DNA of 22,439 nt from a virus (taxonomy: Duplodnaviria > Heunggongvirae > Uroviricota > Caudoviricetes). Shown here piece by piece: positions 6,806 to 16,560 of this stretch. Below the pieces are notes generated by a model. It did not search any database and had not been told where the DNA came from. It saw only the letters and a program-made list of their open reading frames with translations. The stretch lies in the IMG/VR virus record IMGVR_UViG_2700989165_000009, one strand, 5' to 3'. Each line of letters begins with the position of its first letter. Position 1 is the stretch's first letter. Both the position numbers and the translations under genes were made by a program.

Positions 6806-7870
6806 CTAATTCGTCGTCCCTTGCATTGCTTTCGGGCTATAAAGATCACGAGCGCCACGCGCAAAACACATCAAATCCATGTACCACGCCTGACCTCTGG
6901 TGTCGCCAGTATAGTCGATAGCTTTGACGATATAAACGCCATCCGTCGCAATGCTGGCAGCCTGTGACGTCGTGCCGGTCAGCACACGGTTGCCGTTCTC
7001 TTCTGTTTCGGTGATACGCCCGGGCGACTGTGCTATTTCGCTATTGCCGAGCGTGGCGCGGTACACCGAAGCCTGATCGAGCTGGATAAGACCATTAATA
7101 CGGATGTTTGGGTTTATCAGGCACCGCACGTTTACTCCGCCACCCATCGTTTGTTGCGGCATACCGATCAGGCCAGTATTGGCATTCAACACAATGGCTT
7201 CGTGAATATATTTATCCTCCGGCACCATCTGGACCTGACCATCCACCAGTTGCCATGTCGCTTTGCACTGCGCAGCAATATTATCCATCACGTTGCGGCT
7301 GGATGAGTAAATCGCGCGGCCACGAGGAAACACGGTATCAGGAAAATCGCCGGTAATGCCCTGTGTCACGCCGAACGCGTTGAAATCCTGCATCGTCGCC
7401 CGGTGCAGATCCGCAACGGTATATCCAGCGGCAAGCGTGGTGATGGTGGTCGCATAGAGGAACGCTTCGTGATCACCAATGGCCTGAATCAACACCCAGG
7501 AATCCGTAATGTTGTCCTTCCCGGTGACGGTGAAGCGAATATCACCGTCAAAAATCAGGCCGTAGTTCTGACCGTTCACCTGCCCTATCTGGTCTGGTGA
7601 AATCTCCCGGGACACACCAACCTGGCTCGCATCAACATCCGGCGCTATACCGTCATACCCGGCAATGATGCGAATTTTGGCAAACTCCTGCCCAAGTATC
7701 TTGTTCGTGGTATCGGTCGAAAGGTTGTAAATTTTCACGTTCGCCACGCGCGGCCAGCGTGTGTCTGCCCACTCGATCTGGAACGTGACCTTAAAGTCAG
7801 ACAGGGAAACGCCCTGCCCGTTCTGGTCCAACAGTTGCAGCTCAAAATGGCGCATCCAGTTAAGAGACAT
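6806..7870 (-). CDS. Baseplate hub-like protein (Mu gp44 / P2 gpD-like position)
   Basis: 354-aa ORF in the tail operon between the post-tape-measure small genes and the spike gene. ATG at 7870. Assignment is by synteny. Confidence 0.5.
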   Translation of the reverse strand: MSLNWMRHFELQLLDQNGQGVSLSDFKVTFQIEWADTRWPRVANVKIYNLSTDTTNKILGQEFAKIRIIAGYDGIAPDVDASQVGVSREISPDQIGQVNGQNYGLIFDGDIRFTVTGKDNITDSWVLIQAIGDHEAFLYATTITTLAAGYTVADLHRATMQDFNAFGVTQGITGDFPDTVFPRGRAIYSSSRNVMDNIAAQCKATWQLVDGQVQMVPEDKYIHEAIVLNANTGLIGMPQQTMGGGVNVRCLINPNIRINGLIQLDQASVYRATLGNSEIAQSPGRITETEENGNRVLTGTTSQAASIATDGVYIVKAIDYTGDTRGQAWYMDLMCFARGARDLYSPKAMQGTTN

Positions 7871-7872
7871 TT

Positions 7873-8178
7873 CTACTCCTGTACGAAAATGAGGTGGCTG
7901 TATGTGCCGAGGTTGGTTTTGGTGGGCTCGTCTGGTGCGCCCTTATCGGTCGCCACCACCAGCGCGCCATCAATGCCAAGCTGTGGATATTGTCGTAAAA
8001 GGTTTACGCCGGTCAGTAGAGGTACGCCAGAGAGAAGCGCGGCACCGCCGCTATCCATCACGTCCATAATCCAGCCAGCCGCATCACGCCAGATGATCCT
8101 GAGTGTATACGTGGTATTGCCCAGCAAAACTCGGAACTGCTGATTGTCAGGAGAAAGCGGTATTTCGTTAAACTGCAT
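7873..8178 (-). CDS. Small tail/baseplate assembly protein
   Basis: 101-aa ORF, tightly coupled to flanking genes, ATG at 8178. Confidence 0.45.
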   Translation of the reverse strand: MQFNEIPLSPDNQQFRVLLGNTTYTLRIIWRDAAGWIMDVMDSGGAALLSGVPLLTGVNLLRQYPQLGIDGALVVATDKGAPDEPTKTNLGTYSHLIFVQE

Positions 8179-8179
8179 A

Positions 8180-8782
8180 TCATCCCCCGAATGCTGATGT
8201 AACGCTTCCGCCCAGCTGGCTCAGCAAGGATTCGTTTGGCGGTGTAGTGGATTTCATCCCGGAATTCTGCACCGCCGATGTGCTGACGCCATCCTGCATA
8301 TCTGATTTATCTGCAACGCTAACGCTCTGCGTCTGCGACATGATCACTTCACGCAGGGTAAGCGTGCAGTTCAGCACGTTCTCGCTGGTTTTATCCGTTG
8401 TCACCTCGATGGCTCGCACCAGCATATTGCTGTAAACCCGCTTTCCGGTCACTACATCGAACGGCACCCTAGAGGACTGGAGATCCAGTAGTTGCTGATA
8501 GGTCTCTTTCGGGCTAAGTCCGGCGCTGAGGCCGATTGACGATGTATCAATGAAGTCCAGCAACGAACCGCCACCTGCGAAGCCGCATTCCATCGTGACT
8601 TCGCTGGGGCGCTTATACGCATGATCGGCGATGAAACCCGACGCGCTATTCGTTGTTGGCTTCTCCACCGGGTGCTCAGTAATTTCGAGCGCATCAGAAT
8701 GCTTTTCAGAAACAACCACGCTGGGGATTAATATTCCAATTCGCCGGGATTGCTGGCGAAAAATTGCTGATAAAATATCCAT
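8180..8782 (-). CDS. Tail protein downstream of the tape measure gene (distal tail/baseplate component)
   Basis: 200-aa ORF whose ATG at 8782 overlaps the tape measure stop as TAATG. Confidence 0.45.
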   Translation of the reverse strand: MDILSAIFRQQSRRIGILIPSVVVSEKHSDALEITEHPVEKPTTNSASGFIADHAYKRPSEVTMECGFAGGGSLLDFIDTSSIGLSAGLSPKETYQQLLDLQSSRVPFDVVTGKRVYSNMLVRAIEVTTDKTSENVLNCTLTLREVIMSQTQSVSVADKSDMQDGVSTSAVQNSGMKSTTPPNESLLSQLGGSVTSAFGG

Positions 8783-10797
8783 TATCTCGGTCCTGCGGGG
8801 AGTTGCTGGGTTAACTGTGAATTCACGCCCTTTTGACGGTCAACAGTCAAACGGGCAGCCTCGCGCGGATCGAAAACGCCGTGGATGTTAATATTCGTTT
8901 CCTGCTGAATCACCGGGGCGCTGGTGGGCATATTGCTCATTACTTTCGGAATGTAGTTGCGCGTTTCCTGCGGCATTAGCCCCATTCCATAACGCTTAAC
9001 ATTCCCGATCCCCCAGTTATATGATGCCAGTGCTTTGCTAAGGTCTCCGCCGTTCTGCCGCAACAGCTGGCTCAGGTACTTAGCGGCTGCCTGAGCTGAC
9101 TTTTCCGGGTCGAATACATCATTCCCACGCAGGCCCATGTCGCGCGCCGTGCCATCCATAAACTGAAACAGACCTTTAGCGCCAGCGCCTGAAACGGCGA
9201 ACTGATTACCGCCCGATTCCGTTATGGCCACGCTGCGCAATAACCCCTCCGGAAGCCGGTAGAGCTGTTCCAGGTTGGTAAACATCGGCTGCATCCATCC
9301 CAGCAGTTCAGAGCCTGCTTTGGTTGGCTGTGGCCGCTTAACTGACTGGCCGAGCTGCTCAGGCTCATCATCACCGAACCAGCCGCGCACCGTTCGGCCC
9401 ACGCTGCGAGGATCGAATCCCCAGTGCTCTTTAATCCAGTCGGCGGTTCCGTTGGCGCTGTCTGTTACCATCGGCATCGCTGACGGATTTTCGCTGCCCT
9501 GATTAAGCATCTGTTTGCCGATGCTGGCGGCATCAGCCCAGCGGCCATCTTTAATGGCGTTGAGCAGGTCGGCGATCATGTTCAGCATCTTGCCGAACTC
9601 ACCCATTTGCGAAATGAAGTTGCTAAAATCCCACTTTAGGGACCATGACTTGGGGTCAATACCGAGCAACTTAGCCAGCGCTTTTGTCAGGTCCGTAACA
9701 GTCTTTTTCAGGTCACCAATCATTTTGACGGCCTGATCAATTTCAGTCTTCCATTTCCCCCAGTCAATCAGGCTTTTGCCACCTTCTTTCCACGTCTGGT
9801 AATCATCCAAGAGCAGACCAAGTGCAATAATAAGCGTCGTTATCATGCCCAAGGGTGATGACATGAAAGCGGTATTTAGCAGCCGCCATGCAACCAACAG
9901 CCCACTGAACAATGCGATAAGCTGCTGCGTGGCTGGGTTCAGCTTTTTGAACCAGGCGATCACACCCTCAACAGCTTGCCCAGTTCGCCATAACACGCGG
10001 GTAATCGCGTCACCTGCCCAGAGAATTCCTTTGATGATCTTCGTGATGACCGCTTCAATCTTCGGCCAGTTGTCGAGTATCTGCCTGCGGAAGTTATCAA
10101 TACTGCCAGCAAGGCCACCAGCTAGGTTAGAGCCAATCTTGTCTTTCGCCTGTCCAAGCGTCATCGTCAGATTACGCATGGAGGTCATGAAAATATTGGA
10201 CTGTTTAGCCGCTGACTCAGCATTAAAACCAATACGCTTTGCCGTCAACGCGTACTCAGAACTGAGCTGCCCCATCCCTCTGCGCATCGCCATCAGCGTG
10301 TTTTCATCGATGCCGAGCATCTGCGCGTATTGCTTCGCGCGGTAATACGGCATGTTGTTGAGCTTTTGGCCAACGCCAGTAAAGATGGCAGCAGTATCAC
10401 GCATCTTTCCGCTGGCATCGCGGGTCTGGACACCAAGACGGTTCAGGAACCCTTCCGCCCCCGGATTGCTACGCATGAAGCCAGCCAACCCTTCGAGGGA
10501 GGACATAGCCGACTCGGCGCTGGCACCGGTTTGCGATGCGGCGTATCCCAGCGCTTTGATGCCCTGGACACTGGCCCCCGTCCGCTGGGATGCCCAGTAA
10601 ATTTTATCCAGACCGTTCGCGATCTGAGTGGTAAATCCGACAATGCTCAGCGCTGCGCCTTTCACCACCGCGCCGACCTTCAGAACGTTCGCGGTAACGC
10701 CTTTCAGCACGGCTTCAAACTTATTAGCGCCAGCCTGATCGATATCGAATCCCAGCGAAACAAGGAAATCTTTAATCGTATCTGCGTTACCGCTCAT
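8782..10797 (-). CDS. Tail tape measure protein with a C-terminal lytic transglycosylase (SLT) domain
   Basis: 671 aa. Helical Ala/Gly/Lys-rich N-terminal half, an internal hydrophobic segment (LIALFSGLLVAWRLL...LIIALGLLL), and a C-terminal AITESGGNQFAVSGAGAKGLFQFM...YNWGIGNV region that matches the family-1 lytic transglycosylase motifs. ATG at 10797. Confidence 0.85.
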   Translation of the reverse strand: MSGNADTIKDFLVSLGFDIDQAGANKFEAVLKGVTANVLKVGAVVKGAALSIVGFTTQIANGLDKIYWASQRTGASVQGIKALGYAASQTGASAESAMSSLEGLAGFMRSNPGAEGFLNRLGVQTRDASGKMRDTAAIFTGVGQKLNNMPYYRAKQYAQMLGIDENTLMAMRRGMGQLSSEYALTAKRIGFNAESAAKQSNIFMTSMRNLTMTLGQAKDKIGSNLAGGLAGSIDNFRRQILDNWPKIEAVITKIIKGILWAGDAITRVLWRTGQAVEGVIAWFKKLNPATQQLIALFSGLLVAWRLLNTAFMSSPLGMITTLIIALGLLLDDYQTWKEGGKSLIDWGKWKTEIDQAVKMIGDLKKTVTDLTKALAKLLGIDPKSWSLKWDFSNFISQMGEFGKMLNMIADLLNAIKDGRWADAASIGKQMLNQGSENPSAMPMVTDSANGTADWIKEHWGFDPRSVGRTVRGWFGDDEPEQLGQSVKRPQPTKAGSELLGWMQPMFTNLEQLYRLPEGLLRSVAITESGGNQFAVSGAGAKGLFQFMDGTARDMGLRGNDVFDPEKSAQAAAKYLSQLLRQNGGDLSKALASYNWGIGNVKRYGMGLMPQETRNYIPKVMSNMPTSAPVIQQETNINIHGVFDPREAARLTVDRQKGVNSQLTQQLPAGPR

Positions 10798-11032
10798 TGG
10801 CCGCTCTCCATTTATCTACCCGGGCGTCGTTATCCTCGCGCATGTCGAGGTAGTCATTGAGAAGCGCGATGCGGCAAAGATCTACCGCACCGCTGTTAAG
10901 GTCTTTCTGGTCAATATGGAAGGCAAGCGCCGGGCGAAGAATAAAATCTTCACCGCCCGGCAGGCTGTTGAAGGTTATTCCGCTAGCGGGGTGGGCGTCT
11001 CGCTGGTAGGGAGTCCTTGCAAAAAATTTCCC
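10787..11032 (-). other. Programmed -1 ribosomal frameshift region of the tail assembly chaperone (G/GT-like): slippery site plus -1 frame extension
   Basis: Minus-strand slippery run GGGAAATTTTTTG (window 11020-11032; heptamer G GGA AAT, compare lambda G GGA AAG) lies 17 codons before the chaperone stop. The -1 frame is open from there across the whole 177-bp gap between chaperone and tape measure, ending at a TAA at 10787-10789 just inside the tape measure start. Confidence 0.6.
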
Positions 11033-11400
11033 AGCGAGTCGGCGACCACCCGCGCCACCAGTTGCAGCATGGTAAGCAGGTCGATATCGTCAAACGCCAT
11101 TTCGCCATGCTGGCAGACCGGCACCCAGCCTTTCATGTGCTCGCGTGAAACAACGGAAAGACAGGGGAACAGGATAGCGTCCACGTCGCCATCACTCAGA
11201 TCGGACACAGCATTGGCAATCTTTGGCAGGATAGTAGCCATCGCGCCTTCGGTGTCTTTGCTGCTGATCTTCTCCTGAACGCTCCGGAAGTCCGAAACCA
11301 TCCCGGCCAGAACCGGCAACAGCTTGCGGGACACCTTCAGCTGTTCGAAAACGCTGAGCTTTGCGGTGCGATATTTCACGCCTTTAATTTCGAATTCCAT
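10975..11400 (-). CDS. Tail assembly chaperone (zero-frame product)
   Basis: 141-aa ORF between the tail tube and tape measure genes, ATG at 11400, with the frameshift signature described above. Confidence 0.65.
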   Translation of the reverse strand: MEFEIKGVKYRTAKLSVFEQLKVSRKLLPVLAGMVSDFRSVQEKISSKDTEGAMATILPKIANAVSDLSDGDVDAILFPCLSVVSREHMKGWVPVCQHGEMAFDDIDLLTMLQLVARVVADSLGNFLQGLPTSETPTPLAE

Positions 11401-11403
11401 GCG

Positions 11404-11844
11404 TTAAAACTCCCCGAGAAGCTGGTCAATCTTGCCGCAGTCGAATACCCAGGCGACGGTTCCGCCCTCTTTAGCGTTATTGAAATCAGGCTGTTTCTGG
11501 AATGCACACGAACGCGCAGTAGAAATATCACCCGATGCCGTGTTGCGAATGACGATCACGTTATTGCCCCAGGTGGCAGAGGACTGGCTTTGCGCGTTAT
11601 ACGCCAGAGACAGCTTTTTATTCACCGGGGAGGTTTTGAGTAGCGTCACCGTAATGGTGCCTGACTTATCGGCGTGCAGGCTGTGCATCACCTCGCCATC
11701 GGCACCGATAGTCATGGTGTTTTTGTTGCCGCCCATGGTCTGGGTGATACCTTCCTCAGAGTTCGCAGAACCCTGACCAAGATCGATAACGCCGGTCGGC
11801 CCGGTGAGCGACGCGGTTACATCGAGAAAAGAATAAGTTGCCAT
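11404..11844 (-). CDS. Tail tube protein (DUF3277-like)
   Basis: 146 aa, MATYSFLDVTASLTGPTGVIDLGQG...TMTIGADGEVMHSLHADKSGTITVTLLKTSP matches the myovirus tail tube family from memory. AAGGAG ribosome binding site 7 nt upstream of the ATG at 11844. Directly downstream of the sheath gene. Confidence 0.7.
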   Translation of the reverse strand: MATYSFLDVTASLTGPTGVIDLGQGSANSEEGITQTMGGNKNTMTIGADGEVMHSLHADKSGTITVTLLKTSPVNKKLSLAYNAQSQSSATWGNNVIVIRNTASGDISTARSCAFQKQPDFNNAKEGGTVAWVFDCGKIDQLLGEF

Positions 11845-11854
11845 TTATCGCTCC

Positions 11855-13000
11855 TTAGCGAACCACGTTGATCTGCACATCGGCATAATGAACTGCGCCA
11901 GCCAGCTTACAGGCCACCTGGATTAACGGTGCTTTGCGCGCTTCACGGTCGGCCTGCGCCTGTTCGGACAGCGGTTGCGCATACACGTAATAGCCTTTGG
12001 TCAGCGTATCGCCGGAATTCAGCTGTCCGATAGGGCCACCATTCCACACGCCAGCAGCTACCAGACCGTTCGTGACGGACTGATCCATGGACTGTTCAAC
12101 GTTGGAAAGCAGACGGGTCACACCGGCATCAGTCTGCGGAATTTTGGTGGTGCTGGTGTAAAGCAGGTTATAGAGGTTGGTCTGAACGTAGTTCTGCAAC
12201 CAGTCGAGCCCGTGGCGCTCGTCGAAGAAGTCACCGTTCGCCATGACACCCTGTTGCAGGATCGCCGTGTCGTTGGCGTAGTACACGAATACATTGCAGT
12301 TTTTTGCATCAAGTGCCGATGCCTGGCTGACTGTCAGTGTTTCATACCCGACACCCGGCTCCTGCTTAAACTTGAGCGTAATCGCGGTATTACTGCCATT
12401 GAAATTAACCGTGAATGCCCGGCCAAATGCAGATAACGCAGCGTATTTATTACCCGATGAATATTGAATAAAACTGCGTGAATATCCGGCGGTTTTCAGT
12501 TTTGATGCCAAATCATCGCTGGATGCAGTCTGCAGGCATTTCTCATCGCTTGTCGTAATCGCCAGAATACGGCTTACAGAAGAGGATTCGATCGCCGCAG
12601 CCACTTTCAGCCAGTCTGCATCCGGAATATCTTCATCGTCTGCAATCCCCAGCCCATACCATGAAGTATAATCGAGCATGGCATTCACAGCCTGCTCCAG
12701 CGTCTCAGGCGTGGCCTGTTCGCTGTCTCCCTTCGTTTTCACCCAACGACCAACAAAAACCTCCTGAGGTTTCGGTGATTGTGAGAAAAACACCTGCGCA
12801 GCCTTATATTCTGGTGATTCCACGCCAAAATCTTTTCCAATATCTTCCGCGGCAGAATAACGGCGAATGCACTCACTTACCGGAATGATTGTGGACGGGC
12901 CGAGAATGAGTAATGCACCAAAATTTCGCCCTGATGCTGCACGCGGCGACATGATCACATCAACATTAACAACGTTTGATACAGGCAAGCCCTGTGCCAT
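11855..13000 (-). CDS. Tail sheath protein (DUF3383-like)
   Basis: 381 aa, [34 protein letters not shown]... Sheath-tube-chaperone-tape measure gene order. Confidence 0.7.
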   Translation of the reverse strand: MAQGLPVSNVVNVDVIMSPRAASGRNFGALLILGPSTIIPVSECIRRYSAAEDIGKDFGVESPEYKAAQVFFSQSPKPQEVFVGRWVKTKGDSEQATPETLEQAVNAMLDYTSWYGLGIADDEDIPDADWLKVAAAIESSSVSRILAITTSDEKCLQTASSDDLASKLKTAGYSRSFIQYSSGNKYAALSAFGRAFTVNFNGSNTAITLKFKQEPGVGYETLTVSQASALDAKNCNVFVYYANDTAILQQGVMANGDFFDERHGLDWLQNYVQTNLYNLLYTSTTKIPQTDAGVTRLLSNVEQSMDQSVTNGLVAAGVWNGGPIGQLNSGDTLTKGYYVYAQPLSEQAQADREARKAPLIQVACKLAGAVHYADVQINVVR

Positions 13001-13003
13001 AGC

Positions 13004-13561
13004 TTAATCTCCGAAAAAGATGACTGGTGCTTCCACCAGCGATTTAATACCGTACTCGCGCACAACCTTCCGGCGCAGACGCACCGTCATATCGTAGCGG
13101 CGGACCCATTGCTGATTAATAAGTTCAGGGAAGAGACCTGTGTAATCGCCAAGAGACAGCCCCAGCGCATTCAGTGCTGCGTTGTTCTGCGGTACAGATA
13201 TACCGTCACGAAACCGGGACGCATACACCATCCCCGCCGGACCATAAAACGAAGCCATACACTCAATCGTTTCATGCCGCCAGAGCTGAGAGCCATCATC
13301 GGTCTGTCTGGTGAATGCCGGACTGTCATCCCCTGCCCATCCGATAACCCCAAACGCACACCAGTTCGTTTCAACCGGTAGCAGTGGCGGCTGCTCTTTC
13401 TGCCAGCGCGGGCGAACCATCCCGGCAGACAGACCGGAAACGTTACGCATCCACTGGCTTAACAGCCTGTCGAGCGCTTCGTCATAATCCGGATCGCCAC
13501 TGGTTGGTATTAACCATCCGCGCTCTGTACTGGTGTTATTGCTCAACCGGAGTTCCCCCAT
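13004..13561 (-). CDS. Tail completion / neck protein (hypothetical structural protein)
   Basis: ORF in the head-tail joining block. The first ATG is at 13561; the track's start at 13564 is a TTG. Confidence 0.45.
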   Translation of the reverse strand: MGELRLSNNTSTERGWLIPTSGDPDYDEALDRLLSQWMRNVSGLSAGMVRPRWQKEQPPLLPVETNWCAFGVIGWAGDDSPAFTRQTDDGSQLWRHETIECMASFYGPAGMVYASRFRDGISVPQNNAALNALGLSLGDYTGLFPELINQQWVRRYDMTVRLRRKVVREYGIKSLVEAPVIFFGD

Positions 13562-13925
13562 CAAACGGCATCAACTCACAATGCGCCTGAACGAATCCGG
13601 CCCCATAAGCTGTATACGGGTCGACGAAGGTCACACGATAATCACGGCCCTGATACGTCACGATATCGGCATCACGGCCAGTCTGTCCCTGCGTCAGTCG
13701 CTCAGTCGTCACAATCAGAATTGCACCGCTGATTACCTGCCCTGCCTGCATACGGCGGTTTTCCAGAGAGCGATCAACAGTTACGACTCCGGCAAACTGC
13801 TTTTTAACTTCACTGTCGCTGCCGATCCCGTCCTCATCCACCGTTTGCACTCGGCGTGTTACCCACAAATTGAAGTCGCAAAAATCGGGGTCAAAAAGCA
13901 CATCTGTTACATCAAGAGTCGGCAT
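13536..13925 (-). CDS. Head-tail joining protein (hypothetical structural protein)
   Basis: 129-aa ORF, ATG at 13925, overlapping its neighbours. Confidence 0.45.
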   Translation of the reverse strand: MPTLDVTDVLFDPDFCDFNLWVTRRVQTVDEDGIGSDSEVKKQFAGVVTVDRSLENRRMQAGQVISGAILIVTTERLTQGQTGRDADIVTYQGRDYRVTFVDPYTAYGAGFVQAHCELMPFDGGTPVEQ

Positions 13926-14466
13926 CTTTATCCCTCACAACATGGGTAATAGCTCTGCGATATTGCCCGGTGTCAATTAATGGTTTCGCCAGATCGGTTC
14001 CGGGAGATTCGCCAGCAACACGCCGAGCAAGTTCCAGTGTTGCCCCCTTGCGCCCCCGACGAGCCCGGGCTTCAACGGTGCTATCAGCAAGCGGTGTAAA
14101 GCCGGTAATGGTCATGTAACGCCTGACGCCATTCGCGGCCAGCGTTCCGGCGCGGTTAAGCGCTCTTTCCGCACCCGCCGCATTTCCATCAAGCGCAGCC
14201 TGCGCCGCTGCTTTGAGCTGCGGCACCGTCTGTTCCTCTACGGATTTAACGCCGGGGATCAGGTGCGGGCGTGGGGGTATGTTTTGCGCTGGTGAGCCGT
14301 ATTCGTTGACGTAACCGATCCCGGCATTACCAAACGGAACATCCTCACGCTCGCTGTCTTCTTCCGGGATGCCCACCAGCACATCCTTTTTGGTTAGCGA
14401 CCGGAGCGCATCCAGAATGGCCTGAGCGTTATCAACCCTCGTTGTTACACCACTTTTGAAACTCAT
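13912..14466 (-). CDS. Head completion / connector protein (hypothetical structural protein)
   Basis: 184-aa ORF, ATG at 14466, ATGA overlap with the upstream gene. Confidence 0.45.
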   Translation of the reverse strand: MSFKSGVTTRVDNAQAILDALRSLTKKDVLVGIPEEDSEREDVPFGNAGIGYVNEYGSPAQNIPPRPHLIPGVKSVEEQTVPQLKAAAQAALDGNAAGAERALNRAGTLAANGVRRYMTITGFTPLADSTVEARARRGRKGATLELARRVAGESPGTDLAKPLIDTGQYRRAITHVVRDKDADS

Positions 14467-14870
14467 AGCTGGCGACCGCCCGCACCGAACATCGTGATCA
14501 GCTGATAAAATTCAGCGCCATATCGGGTGTTATTCCAGAAGCCTGCGTCAGGGTTTAGCGTCGCGCTGGTGTCATAGCTGACGCTTACCTTGTCAACGGA
14601 CTTGGAGGACTGAACACCATTGGTTGAACCGCCCGGGCCGCCAACCAGCATTGCCCGACTATCTGCCGCCCATAGCGTCATGTAGTGAGCCACGAACAAC
14701 CCGGCAAAGTACGGAAACAAATCTTTGCCGGTGACGTTTTCGCTCAGCAGTTCATCGGCCAGATTCAGACGAAACTGGATTTGCGCTTCGGGATATTTGG
14801 CAGGGTCAGCAAACTGCGGGAAGTCGCGGCGAAAATCACTTACCGCTGGCAGGCTTTGATTCTTTGGCAT
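14463..14870 (-). CDS. Head-tail connector protein (DUF4054-like)
   Basis: 135 aa, [35 protein letters not shown] resembles the DUF4054 N-terminus from memory. ATG at 14870. Confidence 0.5.
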   Translation of the reverse strand: MPKNQSLPAVSDFRRDFPQFADPAKYPEAQIQFRLNLADELLSENVTGKDLFPYFAGLFVAHYMTLWAADSRAMLVGGPGGSTNGVQSSKSVDKVSVSYDTSATLNPDAGFWNNTRYGAEFYQLITMFGAGGRQL

Positions 14871-15057
14871 TTTTTACCTCGTTACGCGCGTCTGTGGCTT
14901 TGCCAACGGATACTTCCGCGTGCGCACGAGTGAACCAGTGCGTGGCAACGTCTTCCTCCACTGCATGACGGCCTTTAACAAACTCGCGCCGCGAACCGTC
15001 GGGAAGCGTGAGCACAAACGGGGTATGTACGTGTATTACTGCATTATTTTTTGCCAT
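14836..15057 (-). CDS. Small hypothetical protein downstream of the major capsid gene
   Basis: 73-aa ORF, ATG at 15057 with an AAGGATGA ribosome binding site 6 nt upstream. Lys/Glu-rich C-terminus. Confidence 0.4.
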   Translation of the reverse strand: MAKNNAVIHVHTPFVLTLPDGSRREFVKGRHAVEEDVATHWFTRAHAEVSVGKATDARNEVKNAKESKPASGK

Positions 15058-15070
15058 CGGGTCATCCTTA

Positions 15071-15092
15071 ATGGCCCCGCCAGGGGGGCCAT
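15071..15092 (-). promoter_or_regulatory. GC-rich stem-loop immediately 3' of the major capsid gene (attenuator or mRNA-stabilising hairpin candidate)
   Basis: 8-bp stem (ATGGCCCC / GGGGCCAT) with a 6-nt loop, 8 nt after the capsid gene stop at 15100-15102. No U-tract follows. Confidence 0.4.
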
Positions 15093-15099
15093 GTGGCTG

Positions 15100-16041
15100 T
15101 TAAATGCCATCAACGTACGAAATGGTTTCTTTGTACACTGGCTCAACCGCACCCAGCTTGCCGTAGTAGGTCGCAATCTGATACAGACCGCGATACTGGA
15201 TAGGAACGCTCTGCAACGGCACCAGCGGATAGCGGACGTATTTTTTATCGTTGGTGTACGCAACCATGCGATCCTTATTCCCCACACCACGGCCTTTCAG
15301 CCATTTAACCGCGCGGATATTCAGCGGAACACCGTTCTGGTGATAGCTGATGGTGTTGGTCTGAAGGTACGTCAACAGGGACTGGTTACCCGCAGATGAA
15401 ACGATGATGCTGGACAACAGAGCAAACTGCTCTGGCGGGATCAGCAAATCACGCGGAACCACAGAGTAACCGGAAGCGGCCCACGCATCAGACAGCACCT
15501 GGTTAATGCTTGCGCGGATTTCGTCCGGTGTTGAGATTGCCCACGTTTTGGCAGCGTTGTTGACAGGCACGCCGTCCAGGGTAACAAGGCCTTTCAGGTT
15601 TAATGCGGAATCGCCAACATACACCTGCTCGTCGTTGTCCATCTGCCATTTGAGCTGCATCCCGTCGTACTTCTGGGTGTCAATCGGGCGACCTACCTGC
15701 TGAGCTGCTGCCAGCTCTACAACGGTCCAGCCCAGTTCCATGCCCCAGAGATTCAGCGGGTTACCGGATTTGCCGATATCCACGTTTACGCCAGCAATAG
15801 CGGTTGAGTCTTTGCCTACCCAGTTTTTGCCATTCGGATTTGCACCAGTACCCGCAGCGGCGAAGCTGGTATTCGTCCAGCTGGAAATGTCATCTGCGAT
15901 AGAGACATCTTCACGCAACTGAATATCGCGGGTCCAGGTGTCCCCCGCCAGTGGCAGGTTCAGAGTCTGGTCGAGTCGCTCCAGCTCTCCGATGAGAAAG
16001 GCACCAGAGCTGTCAACGGTTGCCTGATCAAAAGTAATCAT
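15100..16041 (-). CDS. Major capsid protein
   Basis: 313 aa. Position after the protease/scaffold and small head protein genes. TAAGGAA ribosome binding site before the ATG at 16041. Followed by the stem-loop, as is common for capsid genes. Confidence 0.65.
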   Translation of the reverse strand: MITFDQATVDSSGAFLIGELERLDQTLNLPLAGDTWTRDIQLREDVSIADDISSWTNTSFAAAGTGANPNGKNWVGKDSTAIAGVNVDIGKSGNPLNLWGMELGWTVVELAAAQQVGRPIDTQKYDGMQLKWQMDNDEQVYVGDSALNLKGLVTLDGVPVNNAAKTWAISTPDEIRASINQVLSDAWAASGYSVVPRDLLIPPEQFALLSSIIVSSAGNQSLLTYLQTNTISYHQNGVPLNIRAVKWLKGRGVGNKDRMVAYTNDKKYVRYPLVPLQSVPIQYRGLYQIATYYGKLGAVEPVYKETISYVDGI

Positions 16042-16052
16042 TCGTCTGTTCC

Positions 16053-16556
16053 TTAAATCTTCCAGGAAATTTCTGCATTGCCGTTAGCATCACCGGCACC
16101 TGTGAATTCAGCGTTGGTCAGCACCACATTTTTGCCACTGACTGACGTGGACATGAATCCACCCAGCGGCACTTTGATGGATTCATCAGTGGAGACGACA
16201 ACGTATACCGGGTCGCCTTTTTTGATGGTGCTGGCATCAAAATCAGAACCGAGATTAACGGTCACGTAGCCACGCTTCATGGCGTCGCCCGGGAAGTTCT
16301 TGCCTGTTCCCACCTGGCGAACCATGTCCGGCTGCGAAGTGGTCGGATAAGGGCGCACGTAGATCCCCTTCACCTTGTCTGCGGTATCGCCATCTGCCAG
16401 CGGCACGAAAAAACCGTCAGCATCGTATTTACCAGCCAGCCCATAGGCAGCAAAGGCGTTATCGGATTTAAGGACCACCGGTTCGACGGTTAAGTCCTGC
16501 GGGCGAGAGATAGCCCCGGCAATGCCAACAGGCATCCGGTACAGATATGCAGTCAT
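16053..16556 (-). CDS. Head structural protein (decoration/cement or scaffold-like)
   Basis: 167-aa ORF between the protease/scaffold gene and the capsid gene, ATG at 16556. Confidence 0.5.
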   Translation of the reverse strand: MTAYLYRMPVGIAGAISRPQDLTVEPVVLKSDNAFAAYGLAGKYDADGFFVPLADGDTADKVKGIYVRPYPTTSQPDMVRQVGTGKNFPGDAMKRGYVTVNLGSDFDASTIKKGDPVYVVVSTDESIKVPLGGFMSTSVSGKNVVLTNAEFTGAGDANGNAEISWKI

Positions 16557-16560
16557 TGGA

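Noticed and set aside
9845-10860. Plus-strand ORFs (166 aa and 176 aa) opposite the tape measure gene and the chaperone frameshift region
   Set aside because: Antisense shadow ORFs in GC-rich coding sequence. The 177-bp region is better explained by the minus-strand -1 frame extension.
11975-12436. 153-aa plus-strand ORF opposite the tail sheath gene
   Set aside because: Antisense shadow ORF within the sheath gene.
14920-15399. 159-aa plus-strand ORF opposite the major capsid gene and the small downstream gene
   Set aside because: Antisense shadow ORF.
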